64,000 nucleotides of DNA from Actinomycetes bacterium (lineage in GTDB: Bacteria; Actinomycetota; Acidimicrobiia; Spongiisociales; JAHEDJ01). The position numbers and the translations under genes are program-made. Of this stretch, positions 39,217 through 48,015 are shown piece after piece. Below the pieces are notes generated by a model. That model made no database searches. It was not told the origin of the DNA and saw only the letters and a program-made list of their open reading frames with translations. Location of the stretch: assembly GCA_024641245.1 (NCBI GenBank), contig JAHEDK010000011.1, positions 11,015 to 75,014 of the forward strand, read 5' to 3'. Each line of letters starts with the position of its first letter. Within the stretch, counting starts at the first letter, position 1.

Positions 39217-40527
39217 ATGGGGTTGCAGGGTGAACAGACGGCGGCCTGGTTCCGTCGAGCCAAGGCCGCACTGGTCAATGGGGTATCGAGCCAGTTCCGA
39301 TACTGGGGCGACGACGACACGATGGTCATCGACCACGGGGAAGGTGGCTACGTCATCGACATGGATGGCAATCGCTACATCGATTACCAGCTCGGCTTCG
39401 GCCCCGTCATCCTCGGTCATGGCGATCCGGATGTTGCCGCCGCCGTGTCGGAAGCTGCCCTCGCCGGCACAACGTTCGCGATGACCCAACGGCGCGAAGT
39501 CGAAGCTGCAGAGCAGTTTCTGGCTGCCGTTCCATGGGCCGAGCAGCTTCGATTCGGCAATACCGGCACCGAGGCGACCATGCACGCCATCCGGCTGGCG
39601 AGAGGCGTCACCGGTCGTGATGTAATCCTCAAGTTCGAGGGCCAGTACCACGGTGTCCACGACTACGTAATGTTCTCCACTGCCGGCGCACCGCCGGCTG
39701 CACTCGGTTCGCGCTCGCAGCCTGTTCCCTGGCAGAGTTCTTCCGGCATTCCGGAAACCATCCGGTCGTATATCCGGGTACTGCCTTTCAATGACATGGA
39801 AGGTGTCGAGCGGCTATTCAGGGACCAGGGTCACCAAATCGCGGGCGTCATCGTTGAGCCGATGCTCGGCAACGCTTTTGGCATCATGCCGGAAGACGGT
39901 TTCCTCCAGGGCCTGCGCCGGTTGTGCACGGACCACGGATCAGTGTTGATCTTCGATGAGGTCAAGACGGGTTTCCGTATGGGCCTCGGCGGAGCCGGTG
40001 AGTACTTCGGAATCGATCCCGATCTCGGGACCTTTGCGAAGGCAATGGGGAACGGGTTTCCTGTGGCGGCGATTGCCGGGCGAGGCGACGCAATCAAAGG
40101 ATGGGCGGAGGGCGGGATCGCTCAGGCAGGAACCTACTCGGCCAACGGAGTCGCGGTTGCGGCGGCCGGCGCCACAATCGCCAAGCTGGCGACGGGTGAG
40201 CCGTACGCCCGGATCGAGACGGTCGGACGGATGCTGATGGAAGGCTTCGCCGCTATTTGCGCACAGCAGAGCGTGCCGGCCCATGTTCCGGGTGTCCCCG
40301 CCATGTTCGGGCTCGTCTTCTCCGACGAGCCGCCCCGTGACTTCCGGGACGCGGCCAACCATGACGAGGAGTTGTACGGGGACGTCATCCGCAGGATGAT
40401 CGGCAAGGGAGTGTTCCCCGTCGATGATGCGCTCGAACCGTGGTTCCTCTGTGCCGCCCACTCGGAAGAGGACGCGGCAAAGACGCTTGCCGTGTTCGAG
40501 GAATCGTTGCGAGAGGCCCGAGCCTGA
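39217..40527 (+). CDS. class-III PLP-dependent aminotransferase (GSA-aminomutase-like), paralog of 20362..21723
   Basis: ...LIFDEVKTGFR...; ATG 7 nt after AGGAGG; divergent from the ALDH-Pot operon. Confidence 0.8.
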   Translation: MGLQGEQTAAWFRRAKAALVNGVSSQFRYWGDDDTMVIDHGEGGYVIDMDGNRYIDYQLGFGPVILGHGDPDVAAAVSEAALAGTTFAMTQRREVEAAEQFLAAVPWAEQLRFGNTGTEATMHAIRLARGVTGRDVILKFEGQYHGVHDYVMFSTAGAPPAALGSRSQPVPWQSSSGIPETIRSYIRVLPFNDMEGVERLFRDQGHQIAGVIVEPMLGNAFGIMPEDGFLQGLRRLCTDHGSVLIFDEVKTGFRMGLGGAGEYFGIDPDLGTFAKAMGNGFPVAAIAGRGDAIKGWAEGGIAQAGTYSANGVAVAAAGATIAKLATGEPYARIETVGRMLMEGFAAICAQQSVPAHVPGVPAMFGLVFSDEPPRDFRDAANHDEELYGDVIRRMIGKGVFPVDDALEPWFLCAAHSEEDAAKTLAVFEESLREARA

Positions 40528-40569
40528 GGCTCACGCCGGGGCAGCTCATGAAGGCCAGCGGGGTTGGGG

Positions 40570-40971
40570 TTACCAGGAGCGCAGGCGGGTCGGTCGGATG
40601 ATTACGGGTACCGGATAGTCGGCGGAGAAGCTGGTCGCCGTCCAACCGTACTTGTTGAGGAACTCCTGGTACTTCTCGATGTACTCGGGCATGGCCGAGG
40701 CCGGGGGATGATCGCGCTCGATGTGGGCGGCGCCTTCGATGACCACGATTGCTCCACCGCGTCCATCACCGTCCAGATTGAGAGAGACGTGCGGGTTGCC
40801 TGCGATGTTGCGCAGCCTCGCCGTGTTGTCTTTGCTGAACATGCGGATGTCTTCGCCGTTCCACAGGAACCAGACCGGAGAAGGCTGTGGGCGTCCGGTC
40901 GGGGTCACCGTGGTCATCCAGATGAGTGGCTCGGAGTCGAGGCGTTTGTCGACGTTCGGCGGAATGTTCAT
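40570..40971 (-). CDS. pyridoxamine 5'-phosphate oxidase family (PPOX-class, probable F420-dependent) protein
   Basis: 133 aa split-barrel sequence (...LIWMTTVTPTGRPQPSPVWFLWNGEDIRMFS...). Confidence 0.7.
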   Translation of the reverse strand: MNIPPNVDKRLDSEPLIWMTTVTPTGRPQPSPVWFLWNGEDIRMFSKDNTARLRNIAGNPHVSLNLDGDGRGGAIVVIEGAAHIERDHPPASAMPEYIEKYQEFLNKYGWTATSFSADYPVPVIIRPTRLRSW

Positions 40972-41069
40972 TCGTCCCTCTCGATTGGATGGTGGCCAGA
41001 ATAAGACTCCGGCCTTTTGATTGCCGGAACGCGCTTGCCACGGGCGGCTCCAACCGCCACTATCGCGCT

Positions 41070-41915
41070 ATGACTATCGAAGCAAACTGGCTTGCCGATC
41101 CCACCAAGCGTCACCAATACCGTTACTGGAACGGTTCCGCGTGGACCGAGCATGTTGCCGACAACGGTGTGCAATCGACCGATCCAACCGACGGGCTCGA
41201 CCGTCTGGACGCCGCGCTCACGCTCGACGATGCGTCCGATCCGGTCAAGATTCGCGAGCAGGTAACCGGGAGCGGTTACGGCGGTGCCGGTATCCAGAGC
41301 CCCGGTCGCGGCGGAGGTGATCTCTTCAGCGAGCCTGTGCTGGTCGTCAATCAGAAGGCCAAGCTGATCGAGTTGACCAATCAATACGGCGTCTTCGACC
41401 AGAACGGCAAACAGATCGGCTCGGTCAATCAGGTCGGTCAGTCAACGCTGAAGAAGGCGATGCGCCTGATCTCATCCGTGGACCAGTTCCTGACCCACCG
41501 GCTCGAGATCACCGACATGTCCGGCACCGTTGTACTCAGACTCACCCGTCCGGCCAAGGTCTTCAAGTCCACAGTGGTAGTCGAGGATGGCTCCGGGCGT
41601 GAGCTCGGCCGCATCGTCCAACGCAACATGATCGGCAAGATCAACTTCGGGCTCGAGTCAAACGGCCAGGAACTCGGTGCTGTGAAGGCAGAGAACTGGC
41701 GGGCTTGGAACTTCCGCATAGAGGACGCAACGGGTAGCGAGGTGGCCAGGATCACAAAGACCTGGGAAGGTCTGGCCAAGACCATGTTCACGACGGCCGA
41801 CAACTACGTCGTGCAGATTCACGGCCGGCTGGCGCAACCTTTGCTGTCGCTGGTTGTTGCCACGGCACTCTCGGTCGATACGGCCCTCAAACAGGACGAT
41901 CGCGGCTTCGGTTAG
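41070..41915 (+). CDS. DUF2510 N-terminal domain fused to a LURP-one-related/scramblase-like (tubby-like) domain
   Basis: N-terminal WLADPTKRHQYRYWNGSAWTEHV (DUF2510 signature); C-terminal ~200 aa resembles the LURP-one-related fold; start moved to an internal ATG. Confidence 0.6.
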   Translation: MTIEANWLADPTKRHQYRYWNGSAWTEHVADNGVQSTDPTDGLDRLDAALTLDDASDPVKIREQVTGSGYGGAGIQSPGRGGGDLFSEPVLVVNQKAKLIELTNQYGVFDQNGKQIGSVNQVGQSTLKKAMRLISSVDQFLTHRLEITDMSGTVVLRLTRPAKVFKSTVVVEDGSGRELGRIVQRNMIGKINFGLESNGQELGAVKAENWRAWNFRIEDATGSEVARITKTWEGLAKTMFTTADNYVVQIHGRLAQPLLSLVVATALSVDTALKQDDRGFG

Positions 41916-41920
41916 TCCTA

Positions 41921-42033
41921 GGTTTCTGCGCAATGCAATGGTGTGAAAACCGTACACAGCATTGCCGAGAACCTCTTCGGAGGTTTCTGCGCAATGCAAT
42001 GGTGCGAAATCCGTACACAGCATTGCCGAGAAA
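41921..42033. repeat. tandem pair of REP-like palindromic elements (two ~52-bp units, 61-bp period)
   Basis: Unit GGTTTCTGCGCAATGCAATGGTG(T/C)GAAA(A/T)CCGTACACAGCATTGCCGAGAA twice (41921..41972 and 41982..42033), each an imperfect inverted repeat; lies between convergent genes. Confidence 0.6.
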
Positions 42034-42035
42034 GC

Positions 42036-43253
42036 TCAGGTCTGAGCGGGACCTCTTCGTGGCTCCCTGTCGAAGGTCGGGTCGGCTGCATCAGCTGCTT
42101 CGACGTCGTCCCGGCGGATTCCGAGGAGGAACAGGATTGCGTCGAGGTAGGGAACCGATACCGCAGTGTCGGCCGCCGCTCTCACGAGGGGCTTTGCATT
42201 GAAGGCGATACCCAATCCGGCGGCGGCGAGCATGTCGAGGTCGTTGGCGCCGTCGCCTACCGCGACCGTTTGCTCTACGGGAATGCCGCGTTCTGCGGCG
42301 ATGCGACGCAGCACCTCAGCCTTGCCTGCCCGATCGATGATGGGGCCTTCGAGGTCTCCGGTCAGAACCCCATCCTCGATCACCAACCGGTTGGCGAAGG
42401 TGTGATCGACTCCGAGGTCGGCCCCCAGCGCTTCGACGAAGAACTCGAACCCGCCGCTCACGAGCACGATCTCGTAGCCGAGGCGCTTGAGGGTGCGAAC
42501 AAACGTCCTGGCTCCCGGCGTCAGGGAGATCTTCTCCGCAACCCGCTCGAGTGCCGCCGTGTCGAGGCCCCGGAGTGTCTCAACACGTGATCGCAGGGCC
42601 GCCTCGAAGTCGAGTTCGCCGCGCATGGCCTGCTCGGTGATGGCGGCCACAGCCTCGACCCGGCCGGCCTCCTGAGCCAGGAGGTCGATCACCTCGTTCT
42701 CGATCAACGTCGAATCGACATCGAGGACGACGAGGCGTTTGGCGCGCCGCTGCAGGCCCTCGGGCTGCACCGCGATGTCGAGCCGAAACGCCTGTGACGC
42801 ATCGAGCAAGCCCCTACGGAGATGGTCGAAGTCGGCTCCCGATACGATGAGTTCGTAGCTCATGACCGGGTAGTCGGAGAGCCTGAGGATGCGATCGATG
42901 TTACCGCCCGCTCCGGCGATCGCGGCAGTGGCTCCGGCGAGCGCATCGGCCGATAGATCCGGTGCCAGGAGCGTGACGGCGTACCGGGGTCCGACTGGGG
43001 GTACCGGTTTGTCGTCGACGACGTCGAATTCGATCTCGATCCCTCGCTGCCACCCGAAGAACAAGAGGTCCTTGAGGGTCTGATGTTCTTCGGACAGCCC
43101 AACGAGTAGATCGAGCGTGAGACGGCCTCGGACGACGACTTGCTCCATATCGTGCACCTGCGCGCCGCCGATGGACAAGATGTCGAGCAACCCGGCCGTA
43201 ATGCCGGGGGCATCGCGCCCGCTGATGCGGACCAGGATCGTGTCGTGTGCCAT
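42036..43253 (-). CDS. serB: phosphoserine phosphatase SerB (two N-terminal ACT domains plus HAD domain)
   Basis: HAD motifs LVVLDVDSTLI (DxDST) and GDGANDLDML; start moved to MAHDTILVRISG... Confidence 0.8.
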   Translation of the reverse strand: MAHDTILVRISGRDAPGITAGLLDILSIGGAQVHDMEQVVVRGRLTLDLLVGLSEEHQTLKDLLFFGWQRGIEIEFDVVDDKPVPPVGPRYAVTLLAPDLSADALAGATAAIAGAGGNIDRILRLSDYPVMSYELIVSGADFDHLRRGLLDASQAFRLDIAVQPEGLQRRAKRLVVLDVDSTLIENEVIDLLAQEAGRVEAVAAITEQAMRGELDFEAALRSRVETLRGLDTAALERVAEKISLTPGARTFVRTLKRLGYEIVLVSGGFEFFVEALGADLGVDHTFANRLVIEDGVLTGDLEGPIIDRAGKAEVLRRIAAERGIPVEQTVAVGDGANDLDMLAAAGLGIAFNAKPLVRAAADTAVSVPYLDAILFLLGIRRDDVEAADAADPTFDREPRRGPAQT

Positions 43254-43365
43254 CCGTTCTGAGGATAACGCTCCCGTCTCCCGTTCCTGCGAGGCGAGGT
43301 TTCGCTCGACGCGCCGGACGCGATTGGTACGGGGCGGCATTGCCGTGCGAATATGGCAGTGTGTG

Positions 43366-43605
43366 ATGATGCAGGAGCCGTCGCAACGTCATTTGGTCGT
43401 CCGGATCGTCGTCACGGCGGTCGGCGGGCTGCTGCTGATCGTCGGCATCCTCGGGTTGTTCCTGCCGCTTGTCCCCGGTCTCCTGTTGATCCTGCCGGGC
43501 CTGGCGATTCTCGCCGGCGAGTTCGTATGGGCGCGCCGGCTTCTCGACGGGACCCGGGCGCGACTGAATGCAGGCCTGTCGAAGGCGCGACGCTCGGACA
43601 AGTGA
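43366..43605 (+). CDS. PGPGW-domain small membrane protein
   Basis: 79 aa with two TM helices and LVPGLLLILPGLAILAGEFVWARRLL, characteristic of the PGPGW family; start is uncertain. Confidence 0.5.
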   Translation: MMQEPSQRHLVVRIVVTAVGGLLLIVGILGLFLPLVPGLLLILPGLAILAGEFVWARRLLDGTRARLNAGLSKARRSDK

Positions 43606-43692
43606 CCTGCATCGCATCGCCCGATTGACGGCCCTCCGGCGAACCTTCGTTCCGACATGCTGTTGGAACACAATTCGATATGCTCCCGACCT

Positions 43693-44094
43693 ATGGCGAA
43701 ACAGGCACGGCGCCGCTCAACTCGGATCATTCTGGCCGCACTCGGGTTCCTGAGTCTCGGCATCGCCATCATCGGCATCGTCCTGCCGGGGATTCCCACG
43801 ACTGGCCCGGTGCTGCTGGCCGCTTACTTCTTCTCCCGGTCCTCAGAGCGATTCGATCAGTGGTTGGTGGAACACCGGGTGTTTGGCCCCATCGTCCGGG
43901 ATTGGCGAGCCGGACTCGGGTTTACCACGCGTGCGAAGGTGGTCTCGATCATCGCTATTGCCGTCACTTTTTCGATCACCGTTGGTTTCGCAATCTCGAA
44001 CCCGCCTGTTCGAATCGGACTGGTGATGCTGGCGCTGGCGATCAGTACTTATATCCTTCGATTGCCGACCAAGGTGTCGGAGGCCCCGGCGTAG
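43693..44094 (+). CDS. YbaN/DUF454-family inner-membrane protein
   Basis: ...FLSLGIAIIGIVLPGIPTTGPVLLAAYFFSRSSERFDQWLVEHRVFGPIVRDW... matches the DUF454 signature. Confidence 0.6.
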   Translation: MAKQARRRSTRIILAALGFLSLGIAIIGIVLPGIPTTGPVLLAAYFFSRSSERFDQWLVEHRVFGPIVRDWRAGLGFTTRAKVVSIIAIAVTFSITVGFAISNPPVRIGLVMLALAISTYILRLPTKVSEAPA

Positions 44095-44157
44095 GAAAGA
44101 CCACGCGACGAGAGGCGCCGTTGCCGACGCCTCCTGTCGTGCCTCCCGCCGAGTTCT

Positions 44158-47100
44158 CTACGAGCAGCCCGTGGTCTCTCCGCACGTGAGACAGACGTGG
44201 CACGAACCACTGCGCATCGTGATGTTCCCGCAGTTGGGACACGCCGGCGCATCGCTCACATCGATCGGCGTTTGTATCGTCGTCTTCGTCGCCGTGGCGG
44301 TCGCGGTTGCGCCGGTTTCCCGCCGTGCGCTGCTGCCCGGATTGGACGAGGAGTGCGCCACGACGCCGTTCCCGTTTGAACCATTCGGCCATGAAGTCGG
44401 CGAGTCAACGAATCGGGCTGCCTCGACTTGAGCATCGATCTGGCCTTCCATCGCCGCTTCGGTGAGATCCAACTGCACGCCGGCCTCCACGGCCAGGCCC
44501 TTCGGTGGTTCCGGCAGCTCGCTGGGCCGGATTGGTGGTACCTGTGCCAGTTCATCCCGATGCAGGTATTCGACTCCGAGGGCGCGAAAGACGTAGTCGA
44601 CGATGGAGTTCGCCATCTTGATGTTTGGATGTCCTTCAACCATGCCGCGCGGCTCGAAGGTTTGAAACACGAACGTGTCGACGAACTCCTCGAGCGGAAC
44701 ACCGTATTGAAGGCCCTTACTCACCGCGATGGCGAAACACGACAGGATGCCGCGCAGGGTGGCGCCTTCCTTGGCGAGGTCGATGAACAGCTCACCCAAG
44801 GTCCCGTCCTCGTATTCCCCGGTACGCAAGAAGACCTTGTGTCCACCGATCCTGGCTTCCTGCGTGAATCCCATCCGGCGCGCCGGGAGCAGGAACCGGG
44901 GCGGCTGCATACCCTGGTCGTACGCCTCCGTCGGAGAGAGGCCTGCAGGGATCTGACCCCAGGCCAGCGCTTTCTCCTGCTGGAGAGCGGCGTTGATGTC
45001 CTGATCCTGTTCCTCGTTGTCGGCTTCATCAGTCGTCGACGACAGGGGTTGCGAAGCCTTCGAGCCATCCCTGTAAAGAGCCATCGCTTTGAGACCGAGA
45101 CGCCAGGACAGCTCATAGGCGCCCTGGATGTCGTCGGGTGTTGCCTCATGGGGCATGTTGATCGTTTTCGAAATGGCCCCGGAGATGAACGGCTGAGTCG
45201 CAGCCATCATCTTGATGTGGCCGTCATGATGGATCAACCGGGTCCCGTAGCGGCCGTTGCGGTTGGCCGTGTCGAATACCGGAAGGTGCTCGTCGGCGAG
45301 GTGCGGAGCTCCTTCGATCGTCTGCCGGCCGCAGATCGCATCGTTAGCTTCGATGACCTGCGAACGGGAGAAACCGAGCCTCGTGAGCACATCGAAATCG
45401 ACCGACGCATCCCCATCCTGTGAGAACCCGAGCCGTTCGAGTGTTTCTTCTCCCAGCACGTACGGCGAGAATGCGTGTCTCAGGTCGAACACAGTTGGCA
45501 GCGTCTTCTCGATCTTGGTGAGATCGTCGCCGCTGAATCCCTTTTGGATTAGTGACTGACGATTGATGTGCGGGGTGCCCAATAGAGTGTTGGTCCCAAC
45601 GACGTAGTTGACCATATCCTCGATCTGGTTGTCTCGGTATCCGAGCGCCGCCAGGGCAGGTGCGACTGACTGGTTGACGATCTTGAAGTAGCCGCCGCCG
45701 GCCAGCTTCTTGAACTTCACGAGGGAGAAGTCGGGCTCGACGCCGGTCGTGTCGCAGTCCATCAGTAGGCCGATCGTGCCGGTCGGGGCCAGCACGGTTG
45801 CCTGCGCATTCCGGAATCCGACCTCGAGGCCCCAGTCGAGCGCCCGGTCCCACGAAGAACGAGCGGCTGTAACGAGGTCGACGGGACACTGTGTGTCGTC
45901 GATCGTCATGACTTCGTGGCCGATTTCCTCGAAGTCGGTGGCTCCGTAGGTCGCCCGCCGGTGGTTGCGGATGACCCGCAGCATCGACTCCCGGTTCTCG
46001 TGAAACTTTGGGAATGGCCCGACCGCGGCCGACATCTCGGCGCTGGTTGCATACGCATTGCCGGTCAGAATGGCGGTGAGCGCCCCGGCAATCGCTCGTC
46101 CTACTTCGGAGTCGTATGCAATGCCCTGGCGCATGAGCAGTGAGCCGAGGTTCGCATATCCGAGGCCGAGCGTACGGTAGTCATAGGAGCCGCGGGCAAT
46201 CTCTTCAGAGGGGAAGTGGGCCATCGCCACGGAGATCTCGAGCACCACCGTCCACAGCCGGATCGCGTGCTCGTAGGCTTCGATATCGAAGACATGGGTG
46301 CTGTCGTCGTAGAAAGTGACGAGATTGAGGCTGGCCAGATTGCAGGCCGTGTCATCGAGGAACATGTATTCCGAACACGGGTTGGAGGCCCTGATCTCGC
46401 CGCCGGCGGGGCAGGTGTGCCACTGGTTGATGGTGGTGTGGTACTGCAGTCCCGGATCGGCGCAAGCCCAGGCGGCATCGGCGATCTGACTCCAGAGGTC
46501 CCTGGCCTTGACAGTCTTGCGGATCGATCCGTCCTTACGGTTCGTCAGGCTCCAGTCGCGGTCTTCCATGACTGCGTGCACGAAGTCGTTGCTGATGCGA
46601 ACAGAGTTGTTCGAGTTCTGGCCGGAGACAGTTGCGTATGCCTCGCCGTTGAAGTCGGCAGGCAAACCGCCGCTCTGGATGAGGATCTTAGCCTTGTCCT
46701 CCTCGACCTTCTTCCAGTTGATGAATGCTTCGATGTCCGGATGGTCGACGTCCAGGATCACCATCTTGGCGGCGCGACGCGTCGTGCCCCCCGACTTGAT
46801 GGCGCCGGCGGCTCGGTCGCCGATCTTGAGAAACGACATGACGCCGGAGCTCTTGCCCCCACCAGAGAGGAGCTCGTTCTCGGCACGGATATTTGAGAAG
46901 TTTGATCCGGCGCCTGAGCCGAACTTGAAGATTCGGGCCTCCCGCACCCAGAGGTCCATGATGCCGCCGGGGTTCACGAGATCATCGCCGACGGAGAGGA
47001 TGAAGCAGGCGTGGGGGGCCGGGCGCGAGTATGAATCGGGCGAGTCGACGAGCTCATCGGTCTCGTCGTCGACAAACCAGAATCCTTGAGCCGGTCCGGT

Positions 47101-47565
47101 CAGCCCGTAGTTGTGGAAGAGGCCGGTATTGAACCACTGCGGGGAATTCGGAGCAGCCATCTGCGTGGCGAGCATGTACTTGAGTTCGTCCTCGAACGCC
47201 TGCGCATCATCCTCGCCTGCGAAGTAGCCCTTCGTCTGGCCCCAGAATCGCCAGGTCTCTGCGAGGCGATTGAAGACCTGCTTTGCGGATCGCTCAGGTC
47301 CCGTAACTCGGTTGCCGGACTCATCGAGGATCTCGTGGCCGGCGGCGTCGTACTGCGGGACGCCGGCTTTGCGGAAGTACTTCGACACCATGATGTCGGT
47401 TGCAACTTGAGACCAAGCGGCCGGAATCTCGGCATCGGTCATCTCGAACACGATCGAACCGTCCGGGTTGCTGATTCTCGAATCGCGATGCTCCCATGCA
47501 ATATTCTCGTATGGGTCGGCGCCGGGTTGCGTGAAGCGCCGGCTGATCCGCAGGCCTTGGCCCAT
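44158..47565 (-). CDS. nrdJ: class II adenosylcobalamin-dependent ribonucleoside-diphosphate reductase
   Basis: 1135 aa; RNR ten-stranded-barrel catalytic core (...NPCSEYMFLDDTACNLASLNL... with the catalytic Cys/Asn/Glu region), C-terminal Cys4 zinc ribbon CPNCG...CHVCLTCG; ATG after a GGAGAGGGAG-like RBS. Confidence 0.85.
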   Translation of the reverse strand: MGQGLRISRRFTQPGADPYENIAWEHRDSRISNPDGSIVFEMTDAEIPAAWSQVATDIMVSKYFRKAGVPQYDAAGHEILDESGNRVTGPERSAKQVFNRLAETWRFWGQTKGYFAGEDDAQAFEDELKYMLATQMAAPNSPQWFNTGLFHNYGLTGPAQGFWFVDDETDELVDSPDSYSRPAPHACFILSVGDDLVNPGGIMDLWVREARIFKFGSGAGSNFSNIRAENELLSGGGKSSGVMSFLKIGDRAAGAIKSGGTTRRAAKMVILDVDHPDIEAFINWKKVEEDKAKILIQSGGLPADFNGEAYATVSGQNSNNSVRISNDFVHAVMEDRDWSLTNRKDGSIRKTVKARDLWSQIADAAWACADPGLQYHTTINQWHTCPAGGEIRASNPCSEYMFLDDTACNLASLNLVTFYDDSTHVFDIEAYEHAIRLWTVVLEISVAMAHFPSEEIARGSYDYRTLGLGYANLGSLLMRQGIAYDSEVGRAIAGALTAILTGNAYATSAEMSAAVGPFPKFHENRESMLRVIRNHRRATYGATDFEEIGHEVMTIDDTQCPVDLVTAARSSWDRALDWGLEVGFRNAQATVLAPTGTIGLLMDCDTTGVEPDFSLVKFKKLAGGGYFKIVNQSVAPALAALGYRDNQIEDMVNYVVGTNTLLGTPHINRQSLIQKGFSGDDLTKIEKTLPTVFDLRHAFSPYVLGEETLERLGFSQDGDASVDFDVLTRLGFSRSQVIEANDAICGRQTIEGAPHLADEHLPVFDTANRNGRYGTRLIHHDGHIKMMAATQPFISGAISKTINMPHEATPDDIQGAYELSWRLGLKAMALYRDGSKASQPLSSTTDEADNEEQDQDINAALQQEKALAWGQIPAGLSPTEAYDQGMQPPRFLLPARRMGFTQEARIGGHKVFLRTGEYEDGTLGELFIDLAKEGATLRGILSCFAIAVSKGLQYGVPLEEFVDTFVFQTFEPRGMVEGHPNIKMANSIVDYVFRALGVEYLHRDELAQVPPIRPSELPEPPKGLAVEAGVQLDLTEAAMEGQIDAQVEAARFVDSPTSWPNGSNGNGVVAHSSSNPGSSARRETGATATATATKTTIQTPIDVSDAPACPNCGNITMRSGSCHVCLTCGETTGCS

Positions 47566-47684
47566 GTCGTTTCTCCCTCTCCATTGTCCCCTTCGCCATG
47601 CCCCAGGGGACCGAATGCCCCGCGCTCGGCGGGGCTCATCAGGCAGACACATGAGAACAGCGTCTGCGACGTCTTTCCAACAAC

Positions 47685-47734
47685 ACCACTACATGTAGTG
47701 GTCGGTGGTTTCGGTGACCACGACATCTGGTGGT
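47685..47734. promoter_or_regulatory. two tandem NrdR-box-like palindromes upstream of nrdJ
   Basis: ACCACTACATGTAGTGGT (perfect 18-bp palindrome) and ACCACGACATCTGGTGGT, centres 32 bp apart, ~120-170 bp upstream of the nrdJ start; matches the NrdR-box consensus acaCwAtATaTwGtgt. Confidence 0.55.
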
Positions 47735-48015
47735 GTGTTACTCGAATGTAGTTACACGCGTGGAAGTCGTCAACCACCAGTGCGTGCTATTCCGCGCATG
47801 ACACGCGGCTTTCTGTCAAACCGTGAAACGGCGGGCCAAACCGGTTGTCTGGCGTGCCGGGGGAAGCGCTCGATACTGTATCGCAGGCACCTTGGGACGC
47901 GAAAATCATGCTCGACCCGGGTTTTCGCGAGCCCTGGTCGGCATCAATCGGCCGCCTTCGATAAGCTCACATGCAGCGGAGCCGTCAGACGGCCGATACG
48001 ACAAGGGGTTCGACA

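Noticed and set aside
47566-47800. Cobalamin riboswitch upstream of nrdJ
   Set aside because: No B12-box (e.g. GCCACUG-like) seen. B12 riboswitches normally control B12-independent RNRs, not NrdJ. The region is better explained by the two NrdR boxes.
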